Part shown: in pieces, positions 35,019 through 42,406 of the stretch | Layout: each line of letters opens with the position of its first letter | Numbering within the stretch: position 1 is the first letter of the stretch | From: Patescibacteria group bacterium | Lineage (GTDB): Bacteria > Patescibacteriota > Patescibacteriia > Patescibacteriales > UBA12465 | DNA length: 64,000 bases | Assembly (NCBI GenBank): GCA_041651195.1 | Contig: JBAZJR010000002.1 | Coordinates: 53,857-117,856 of the forward strand | Direction: 5' to 3' | Position numbers and translations under genes: made by a program | Notes under the pieces: model-generated | Told to the model about the DNA's origin: nothing | Database searches by the model: none | Seen by the model: the letters and a program-made list of their open reading frames with translations, nothing else

Positions 35019-36386
35019 TTATTTTCTAATACTAATGATCTGACCTGTAAGATCAGAGAGGCATGTTTTTAGGGTTTCTTCAGCTACTTTTTTGGGGTCC
35101 AATAAAAGATTTTTTGGCTCTTTACCGAAATTATTTGTCCGCATTGGCGTATTGGTTCGTGATGGACATATAGCATTTATACTAATATCTCGGCTATACA
35201 ATTCTTCAGAGATGGCCTGGACAAAATTAACTATGGCGGCTTTAGTGGATGAGTATATTGAATATGTTTCCCTACCTCTAGTATAAGAGCTAGAAGTAAA
35301 AAGGGCAATTGAACTTTTTTGTGCCATAAAATCGATAGCATATTTGATTAAATTCACTTGAGCTACATAATTTATATCTATTTGTCGTGCAACCTCTCTC
35401 CTAGAAAAATCTTCTAATTTCTTTCTCTGTAAAATTCCGGCCGTTGATATTAAAAAATCAATTTTACCGTACTTTTTATTAAAATTGTAAAAAGTTTTTT
35501 TCACTTTATCAATATTACAAATATCAACGCCATTACTTAATGAATATCCAGATACATTGGCCTCTGATTTATCACAAATTTTAAATAATTCTCTACCTAT
35601 GCCACTACTATGACCAAATATAATTATATTCTTCCCTTTTAGCTTCTTCTTTGCTAGAGCCAGCCTATCTGTTGAAACGTTTCTCATCTGAAAAAGTTGA
35701 TCAGCGATGTGAATATCTAATGGATAGGTTATTTTTATATTTTCCTCTTCACCGCTAACCACATAAATATCGCCTAATCCATAATGCAAAATTAGACCAC
35801 AATCATCGGTAGATTCATTAAATTTATCGCGCATCGCAAGTTCATGAGCTTTTTTAATAATAGAAAGATGGAAGCCTTGCGGAGTCTGCCCTCTTCGGAA
35901 ATTAGACCGCCTGGGGATATTGGAAATTATGCTATGCTCATTAATTTCGATTAACGTATCAGGGGACGGGACTGCGACATCTACCGAAATAAATTTATCT
36001 AATGCTTTAATTACATCAGAAATTATTCGTTGCGATACAAAAGGTCTAACCGCATCATGAATTAATATTTTTTTTACATCGTCTTCGCGGCAACAAAAAA
36101 TACCTATTCTTGATGATTCTTGTCTGGTTTCCCCACCAGATACTATTTTTGTAACTTTTCTAATTTTTTCTCTTATCACTATTTTTTTACATTCATTTAA
36201 TATATTTTCTTTTGTAACAATAATGATTTCATCAATGTCTGGGTTTTTCTCAAAAATTTTAAGAGTGTGCAGCAAAACCGGTTTTCCTGCTAATTTAGTC
36301 ATCTGCTTTAAGAAACCGTCACTATTAAATCTTGCCCCCAGTCCTGCCGCTAAAATGACCACTACATTTTTTTTATTTCTTTTCAT
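35019..36386 (-). CDS. bifunctional IspD/TarI-like cytidylyltransferase + short-chain dehydrogenase (Bcs1-like CDP-ribitol synthase candidate)
   Basis: N-terminal VVILAAGLGARF...KQMTKLAGKPVL. C-terminal SDR with GHSSGIG, YSSTKAAI (YxxxK) and NAICPS. Confidence 0.8.
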   Translation of the reverse strand: MKRNKKNVVVILAAGLGARFNSDGFLKQMTKLAGKPVLLHTLKIFEKNPDIDEIIIVTKENILNECKKIVIREKIRKVTKIVSGGETRQESSRIGIFCCREDDVKKILIHDAVRPFVSQRIISDVIKALDKFISVDVAVPSPDTLIEINEHSIISNIPRRSNFRRGQTPQGFHLSIIKKAHELAMRDKFNESTDDCGLILHYGLGDIYVVSGEEENIKITYPLDIHIADQLFQMRNVSTDRLALAKKKLKGKNIIIFGHSSGIGRELFKICDKSEANVSGYSLSNGVDICNIDKVKKTFYNFNKKYGKIDFLISTAGILQRKKLEDFSRREVARQIDINYVAQVNLIKYAIDFMAQKSSIALFTSSSYTRGRETYSIYSSTKAAIVNFVQAISEELYSRDISINAICPSRTNTPMRTNNFGKEPKNLLLDPKKVAEETLKTCLSDLTGQIISIRK

Positions 36387-37239
36387 ATTTTTTTATTTTT
36401 CCTAAAAAATATCCTATTCCCCCAAAACCAAATTCAAAAGTTTTCATAAAAATCATTCCGATATAAACTGCTGGATTGGAAAATAAATATTTAATATTTC
36501 TAAAATATATCAAGTATCTATTTAAAATATTAATCTGCCAAGCAAACTCTTGTGAATGCTTTTCTGCAAAAATATTTGCAGTATGTGCGTAATTTAATTT
36601 CTTTTTAATAATTTTTAATAAATGTAATTTACCTTCATTATGCCATAAAAGATTTTTCGTTCTTCCTATTTTGTATCCAGCATCTTTTACTCGTATATCC
36701 AAATCTTTATCTTCAGAAAAAATCATTTCCTCATTATGCCCACCAATTTCCCTGTAAATATCCGCCCTAAGGCATCTGACTGACTCAATTTGTTCGACCC
36801 CTCTATAACATTTTTTTTCCAGCCATTTGCATTTAGCCCAAAACGTTGTCCCGAAAGATTCCTCTGGTATAACTAAGGCGTCAAATCCCTTATTAATTAG
36901 GTCGACACATTCTTCAAGTAATTTATCAGAGGCTTTCATGTCAGAATCCAGATGTAACAAAATTTCTCCGGATGAGAAATCCGCACCCCTATTCCTTCCT
37001 TGGGCCATTGATTGATTTTTTTCTATATATTTAATATTTAAACCTTTTTCTATATACTGTTTGCATAATCTCTCTGGTTCATCGGTACTTCTAGAATCAT
37101 TATTTACTATAACTTCAAATTTTTTATATGAAGAAAATAAAAAAGACTCTAAAAAATCATTTAAATTAATGTAACTATTATAAATTGGAACGATAATTGA
37201 AACTAGGGGATTATATTGTTCTGATATTTTCTTATCCAT
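36373..37239 (-). CDS. GT2-family glycosyltransferase
   Basis: VSIIVPIYNS start of the GT-A fold, NNDSRSTDE, and a LHLDSDM DxD-type motif. 14-nt overlap with the downstream gene. Confidence 0.8.
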   Translation of the reverse strand: MDKKISEQYNPLVSIIVPIYNSYINLNDFLESFLFSSYKKFEVIVNNDSRSTDEPERLCKQYIEKGLNIKYIEKNQSMAQGRNRGADFSSGEILLHLDSDMKASDKLLEECVDLINKGFDALVIPEESFGTTFWAKCKWLEKKCYRGVEQIESVRCLRADIYREIGGHNEEMIFSEDKDLDIRVKDAGYKIGRTKNLLWHNEGKLHLLKIIKKKLNYAHTANIFAEKHSQEFAWQINILNRYLIYFRNIKYLFSNPAVYIGMIFMKTFEFGFGGIGYFLGKIKKYEKK

Positions 37240-37347
37240 AAATAAGCTAAAAATAATATTACTAGTTTTTTATAACTTTTCTCAAAATTTATTTTTTGTC
37301 CCATTACTAGTTATTAACTTTATATTTATTTTGATTACAGTTATATT

Positions 37348-38046
37348 TTAAAATTTTTTAACTTTTTTCATTTTTATAAATATATTTGCTACCCCACTTT
37401 TTTTCGAATATTCCTTATCCGCCATGATATTCATAAAATTATCAAAGAATGGTTTCCTTCTAAATATCCATTTAGCTATATACATATTAATTGCTCCAAA
37501 AATTGTCCAGAAACCACCATTATTAATTATTTCTTTTACCTCAAAACCATTTTCTCCGGCTATTTTTTTAATAAATTTAGTCGAGTAATGTCTATGCCCA
37601 AAATACCATGCGGGATCGAACATGATTGAAAATAAACTATTATAAGGAGTGCTCAAATAAAAGTAACCATTATCAATCAAAACTCTATTAACCTCTTTAA
37701 ACATTTGTTTCTCGGTATTTTTTGGTATATGTTCTATGACCTCGAAAGAGACAACCGTATCGAATCTATTATTTCCAAACGGTATATCTATGGCGCTACC
37801 TATTTTAAAAAATACTTTGTCTGATCTTATACAGTCTTTCGCCGTCTTTAAATCTTTTTCAGATATTTCGATACCAGTAATGCCAGAAAAGCACTTCCTA
37901 AGCATATTAAATTCGAGCCAACCATAACCGCATCCGATATCTAAAATATTTTTATTTATAATATCCTGATCGTTAATAAAATTGATAGAAAAAAGCGTTC
38001 TGCCATGTAGTATATCCGATGGCTTCTCTTTTATTATATTATTCAT
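37348..38046 (-). CDS. class I SAM-dependent methyltransferase
   Basis: ILDIGCGYGWL (motif I) and FDTVVSFEVIEHI. Confidence 0.75.
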   Translation of the reverse strand: MNNIIKEKPSDILHGRTLFSINFINDQDIINKNILDIGCGYGWLEFNMLRKCFSGITGIEISEKDLKTAKDCIRSDKVFFKIGSAIDIPFGNNRFDTVVSFEVIEHIPKNTEKQMFKEVNRVLIDNGYFYLSTPYNSLFSIMFDPAWYFGHRHYSTKFIKKIAGENGFEVKEIINNGGFWTIFGAINMYIAKWIFRRKPFFDNFMNIMADKEYSKKSGVANIFIKMKKVKKF

Positions 38047-38821
38047 ACTTTTTATTTACCAAGAACAGGGTTCTATTTAAAATCTCCGATTTTATTTTAA
38101 AGTTATTATTTAATATGAATTTTTTAAAGCTACCCATGTTATCCATCTGACTTATATCATGAATTTCAACAAAAATATATTTAATATTATTTTTTATAAA
38201 ATCTATGGAATTATAAAAAACATCATACTCTCCACCTTCTATATCCATCTTTAATAAATCAATAATTGATATAGAATTAAGATTACAAAAAGTTTCAAGC
38301 TTTATAACCTCTACTTCTTGTGTGTTTTTATTATCTATATGTTGTCTGTCGTCAAAAACATAAAAAGCATCATAGTCTCCGCCTATATTTAAAAAACTTT
38401 TACCATCTTTCCCGCATAAAGCCATATTAAAAGCTTTGATATTGTTTGCTGAATTGTTAATTATAATATTTCTTTGCAAGATACCGAAGTTTTCAATACT
38501 AGGTTCTATAGAATATATTTTAGGATTTTGGCTAACTAAAATATTATAAGAGTATAGAGAGAATGCACCAATATTGGCACCGACGTCTAATATCACAGAG
38601 TTTATTAAATTTTTAAAATATACTTTAGGATATTCTAAATCTCCGTTTACAATAATCACCTCGGCAGCATCTGTAGATCCGCCTCTTGTTATAAAATTTA
38701 AACCATTTTTTAATTTATACAATATTTCTTCATTATTTAAAAACCCCAAGAAATCCAAAACAAACAAATGTAAATTTCTTATAACTTTTATTGTCAGTAA
38801 TACTTTTTTAAATAAATTCAT
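38039..38821 (-). CDS. FkbM-family methyltransferase
   Basis: ILDVGANIGAFSLY and IDLLKMDIEGGEY. 8-nt overlap with the downstream gene. Confidence 0.75.
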   Translation of the reverse strand: MNLFKKVLLTIKVIRNLHLFVLDFLGFLNNEEILYKLKNGLNFITRGGSTDAAEVIIVNGDLEYPKVYFKNLINSVILDVGANIGAFSLYSYNILVSQNPKIYSIEPSIENFGILQRNIIINNSANNIKAFNMALCGKDGKSFLNIGGDYDAFYVFDDRQHIDNKNTQEVEVIKLETFCNLNSISIIDLLKMDIEGGEYDVFYNSIDFIKNNIKYIFVEIHDISQMDNMGSFKKFILNNNFKIKSEILNRTLFLVNKKYE

Positions 38822-38822
38822 T

Positions 38823-39932
38823 TTATTTATTTTCCCCCGTAACTAAATTTAAAAATTTCTGATAACTCTTGCTAAAATTAATTCCTTTGCTAAGATCCCA
38901 AGCTAATCTTCGCAATTTTTGATATTCAATTTTCTTCTCGAGAATTTCTAGTATACTATTTGTAAAATTAATTATATTATTTTTTTTACACACAACTCCA
39001 GTATTTCCACTTCTAACCACATCTCTCAGCCCATCAACATCATAAACTATTGCTGGAGTCCCCTGACTGGCCGCCTCAGTTACCACTAATCCCCAACCCT
39101 CCTTGACCGATGTCGCACAAAGTATGTGCGATCTCTGTAATAGTTCTAGCTTCTTAGCCACATCTACCCGGCCTAAATATTCTATAGAACCTCTATATGC
39201 ACTCACCTTAATCAGCCGCAAAACTTTCCGACCATAGAGCCCCTCTGCCTCACCAGCTACAATCAACCGTAAATCTGGCAATTTTTTCTTAGCCATTTCA
39301 AAGGCTTGGATAATATGATCCGTCCGTTTCATCGCCCGGATCGAACCTAGAGATAGAATAGTCGGAGCTTCGTATTTTTTAATACTGTCTAAATCTTGGA
39401 CTGGTTCAATCTCTATGCCTTCGCTGATGATATTAATATTATCATCTCTAAAACCGAATCTCATGAGGTCTTTTTTTGTACTCTTCGATATGGTTATAAC
39501 TTCCCTGTCCCGCAATAACCAGAGATACAGCGGCTCTAAAAGATAGCCGACCAGACTGAGGGGAAACCAGATTTGATAAAACCATATCACTCGACATAAC
39601 TGATGGACAAATAATATATTTCTCTCTCTCACATAAAACTTACAAAAAAACGGAATGGTATTTACTTCATCGATGACTAAATCGGCCCAACCGCGCAAGT
39701 TTTTCTTATAATATCTATAAGCCTGCCAATAGACCGTCCAACGATTCCCTAGCCTAATGATTTTAAATCCATCTCGCGTCTCCTCCTCTTTTCCGTCCGT
39801 AAATCCGCCGACTAAGAAAATAACCTCATGCCCGTCAGCGGCCAAACGCTTGGCTAATTCTTCATTGACCGTTTCCGCTCCGCCCGCCTGCGGATGCGAC
39901 TTATCTTTCCAGGTGAACCATAATATCTTCAT
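38823..39932 (-). CDS. GT4-family (GT-B) glycosyltransferase
   Basis: [27 protein letters not shown] motif. N-terminal GGAETV as in Glyco_trans_4. 4-nt overlap with uxs. Confidence 0.85.
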   Translation of the reverse strand: MKILWFTWKDKSHPQAGGAETVNEELAKRLAADGHEVIFLVGGFTDGKEEETRDGFKIIRLGNRWTVYWQAYRYYKKNLRGWADLVIDEVNTIPFFCKFYVRERNILFVHQLCRVIWFYQIWFPLSLVGYLLEPLYLWLLRDREVITISKSTKKDLMRFGFRDDNINIISEGIEIEPVQDLDSIKKYEAPTILSLGSIRAMKRTDHIIQAFEMAKKKLPDLRLIVAGEAEGLYGRKVLRLIKVSAYRGSIEYLGRVDVAKKLELLQRSHILCATSVKEGWGLVVTEAASQGTPAIVYDVDGLRDVVRSGNTGVVCKKNNIINFTNSILEILEKKIEYQKLRRLAWDLSKGINFSKSYQKFLNLVTGENK

Positions 39933-40861
39933 ATCTTCCCCCTAAAATACTCAATCGTTTTCTTTAATCCCTCTTCTAATTTAATCTTCGGCTCCCAGCC
40001 AAACTTCTCTTTCGCTAAAGATATGTCCGGTTTCCTCTGCCGCGGATCATCGGCCGGCAGATCTTTATAAACTATTCTGCTCTTACTTTCAGGAATCGCC
40101 TTTAACACTATTTCCGCCAGTTCTTTGATCGTAAATTCGCCCGGATTACCAATATTGACCGGGCCGACAAACTTTTCTTTATTGTTCATCATCTTTATCA
40201 AGCCCTCCACCAAATCATCAACATATTGGAAACTCCGGGTCTGCGAACCATCGCCATAGATCGTGATATCTTGGTTCTTTAAGGCTTGGACAATAAAATT
40301 AGAAACGACCCGGCCGTCGTTTTCCGCCATATTCGGACCATAAGTGTTAAAAATACGGACGACCCGGACATCGGTCTGATACTGACGATAGTAATCAAAG
40401 AACAAAGTTTCGGCGCAACGCTTGCTTTCGTCGTAGCAAGACCGGATGCCGATGCAGTTGACCCGGCCCCAGTAACTTTCCGGCTGGGGATGGACTTCCG
40501 GATCGCCGTAAACCTCGGAAGTTGAGGCCTGAAGAATCAGCGCTTTATTGTCTCTGGCTAGATTTAAAAGATTGATCGCGCCTATCACCGAAGTGACCGT
40601 GGTCTTGACCGGGTCGTGCTGATAATGGACGGGTGAAGCGGGGCAGGCTAGATTATAAATCTGCTCGACCTCCATCTTGATCGGCGCGACGACATCCTGT
40701 TCGATAAACTGGAAATTTTTATCATCCAGTAAACCATCAATATTCCCCCGGCTACCGGTCTGCAGATTATCTAAACAAACAACATGATTACCGTCGGCCA
40801 AGAGGCGCTTGCACAGATGCGAACCGATAAAGCCGGCGCCGCCGGTGACTAGTATTTTCAT
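39929..40861 (-). CDS. uxs: UDP-glucuronate decarboxylase (UDP-xylose synthase)
   Basis: [38 protein letters not shown] and [16 protein letters not shown] match UXS-type SDRs almost motif for motif. Confidence 0.9.
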   Translation of the reverse strand: MKILVTGGAGFIGSHLCKRLLADGNHVVCLDNLQTGSRGNIDGLLDDKNFQFIEQDVVAPIKMEVEQIYNLACPASPVHYQHDPVKTTVTSVIGAINLLNLARDNKALILQASTSEVYGDPEVHPQPESYWGRVNCIGIRSCYDESKRCAETLFFDYYRQYQTDVRVVRIFNTYGPNMAENDGRVVSNFIVQALKNQDITIYGDGSQTRSFQYVDDLVEGLIKMMNNKEKFVGPVNIGNPGEFTIKELAEIVLKAIPESKSRIVYKDLPADDPRQRKPDISLAKEKFGWEPKIKLEEGLKKTIEYFRGKI

Positions 40862-40907
40862 AAATATACTACTTTTTAAACATACAATGCTTAAAAAGAT
40901 ATAACTA

Positions 40908-40915
40908 ATTATACA
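40908..40915 (-). promoter_or_regulatory. TGTATAAT -10-type element upstream of uxs
   Basis: Minus strand GTGTATAAT, 47 nt upstream of the uxs ATG. The same 8-mer occurs at the mraZ and GY-protein promoters. Confidence 0.4.
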
Positions 40916-40925
40916 CTTTGATATG

Positions 40926-40943
40926 TTTTAAGTATACTTAAAA
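40926..40943. promoter_or_regulatory. perfect 18-bp palindrome TTTTAAGTATACTTAAAA (candidate operator)
   Basis: Self-complementary over all 18 nt. It overlaps the -35 position of the uxs promoter candidate. Confidence 0.55.
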
Positions 40944-40965
40944 TTAACAACGATTTTATAATATA

Positions 40966-40983
40966 TTTTAAGTATTCTTAAAA
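40966..40983. promoter_or_regulatory. second copy of the palindrome (TTTTAAGTATTCTTAAAA, one mismatch)
   Basis: Centre-to-centre distance to the first copy is 40 bp. Both copies are preceded by ATATnTTTT. Confidence 0.5.
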
Positions 40984-41015
40984 CTCTTAAAAAAGTAAAA
41001 CATAGATTATTATCA

Positions 41016-41040
41016 TTAATATTAGCTATATAATATTAGC
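41016..41040. repeat. TTAATATTAGCTAT motif plus an adjacent TAATATTAGC copy at the abiEii stop
   Basis: The 14-mer at 41016..41029 is identical to 42311..42324 and is the reverse complement of 24509..24522. The 10-mer core is repeated at 41031..41040. Confidence 0.75.
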
Positions 41041-41773
41041 CTAAACGTTTTATTTCCTCGTTAATAAACATCATAGTTTCTATCTTTAACGTTTTTCTAA
41101 GCTGACGGAAACGTTCATAAGGGATAAGCGGGTTTAAATCCTGATCTAAAACCGTTTCCGTAATATGCTCCTCAATAAATAACCGTAATTTATTAAAAAA
41201 TTCCCGCAGCTCCAGACCGGTCCTTTCGGTGATGACCGCGCCATTGTAAGTATAGCCGTTTAAAAAGAAATGGTGAATATCATAAATATCCCGTCCGGCC
41301 AGCGACCGGTTACGTTCGTAACGGTCGATAACGGCCACTAACTTATTAGCAAACATCGTCTCTATATTCTGGCAGATAACGATGCGCTCAATATCCGTCA
41401 ATTTAGTCGGCTCATAGACATTGGCTTTAGGGGCCGGAAAAGTAATGTCAATTTTCAGAGTATTGCGGCTAGCCGGATCCTTGGTCGGATATTTTAAAAA
41501 GAATTGCGGCACCTTGGCACTCTCGTCTTTTATTTCTAAACCTAAATCGACAAAAACTTTCTTCAGAGCGCGCCGCACTTTAGGTAAATCCTCCGTCTGT
41601 CCAACGTAATCAAAATCCAAATCAACAGAAAAACGATCCAGGTATCCGCTCATCGCGGCGCAAGTTCCGCCTTTAAAATAAAACACCGATAAAAGAGGAT
41701 TATCTACAATCGCCACCAGAACGCGATAAAGCCAAGCTTTATGGACGGCGTCTTGCGGGGTAATGGTAATCAT
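41036..41773 (-). CDS. abiEii: AbiEii/AbiGii-family nucleotidyltransferase toxin (type IV TA)
   Basis: FYFKGGTCAAM...RFSVDLDFDY nucleotidyltransferase motif of DUF1814/AbiEii. 4-nt overlap with the upstream partner. Confidence 0.8.
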   Translation of the reverse strand: MITITPQDAVHKAWLYRVLVAIVDNPLLSVFYFKGGTCAAMSGYLDRFSVDLDFDYVGQTEDLPKVRRALKKVFVDLGLEIKDESAKVPQFFLKYPTKDPASRNTLKIDITFPAPKANVYEPTKLTDIERIVICQNIETMFANKLVAVIDRYERNRSLAGRDIYDIHHFFLNGYTYNGAVITERTGLELREFFNKLRLFIEEHITETVLDQDLNPLIPYERFRQLRKTLKIETMMFINEEIKRLG

Positions 41774-42348
41774 ATATTTTTATTATAAACCGCCCGCTGA
41801 ATCTTTTTAACCTTATTCCAGTCAATGGCCGTCGGATTATCAAAATGGTATCGGGGATTAAAATAAATTATATCGGCCACCGCTCTCTCTAAAGAAGCTT
41901 TATTAAATTGTCCGGTCTTGATAACGCCGGTGTCATTATACAGAAAATCATCTTTAAGCTGACGGCAATAATATTTATAATCCGCTATTTTAAAACGTTT
42001 CGTGCGTCGACCGATAAAAGTAAAATAACTTACTTGCTGAAAAATAATGCCATGTTGTGCCAAGACCGTCTCGCCGCTTAAATAACAATAATCGTTTATC
42101 GCTTTGGCTCCCAGCGCTAAAGGATCGAGATCTTTGGCCTGATTTAAAGAATAAAGACCGCGGTATAATCTATAAATTAAACCAGTGTCGACATAACGCT
42201 TTAAAGTCGTTCGAAGATTATGCCGATTAGCTATACCCCAAACCCTGGCCAAGTCTCCGATATGGAAAACAGACTCTTTTAACTTAGTAATTTTTAAAAA
42301 TCTATTTTGTTTAATATTAGCTATTTTCATATTTTTTAGTTTACTCAT
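41770..42348 (-). CDS. abiEi: AbiEi-like antitoxin / transcriptional regulator
   Basis: About 190 aa, immediately upstream of and overlapping abiEii. The first ATG is at 42348 (MSKLKN). Assigned mainly by context and size. Confidence 0.6.
   Translation of the reverse strand: MSKLKNMKIANIKQNRFLKITKLKESVFHIGDLARVWGIANRHNLRTTLKRYVDTGLIYRLYRGLYSLNQAKDLDPLALGAKAINDYCYLSGETVLAQHGIIFQQVSYFTFIGRRTKRFKIADYKYYCRQLKDDFLYNDTGVIKTGQFNKASLERAVADIIYFNPRYHFDNPTAIDWNKVKKIQRAVYNKNI
42311..42324. repeat. TTAATATTAGCTAT motif inside the 5' end of abiEi
   Basis: Identical to 41016..41029. Encodes KIANIK on the minus strand. Confidence 0.7.
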
Positions 42349-42349
42349 A

Positions 42350-42367
42350 ATACACATATATGTATAT
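42350..42367. promoter_or_regulatory. 18-bp near-palindrome ATACACATATATGTATAT at the abiE transcription start region (candidate AbiEi operator)
   Basis: 8 of 9 base pairs are symmetric. The core ACATATATGT is perfect. It lies between the -10 and the ATG. Confidence 0.45.
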
Positions 42368-42394
42368 TATAAATAAACTAAAAATGCTTGTCAA
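42366..42394 (-). promoter_or_regulatory. consensus sigma70-type promoter of the abiE operon
   Basis: Minus strand: TTGACA (42394..42389), exactly 17 nt, TATAAT (42371..42366). Confidence 0.6.
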
Positions 42395-42406
42395 CTCCTA
42401 TATTTA

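Noticed and set aside
24436-41035. Transposase, integrase or IS ends delimiting the low-GC island
   Set aside because: I looked for DDE, tyrosine-recombinase or serine-recombinase motifs and for terminal inverted repeats at the GC boundaries (about 28.2 and 38.8 kb). None was found. The island is therefore called compositional, not a defined mobile element.
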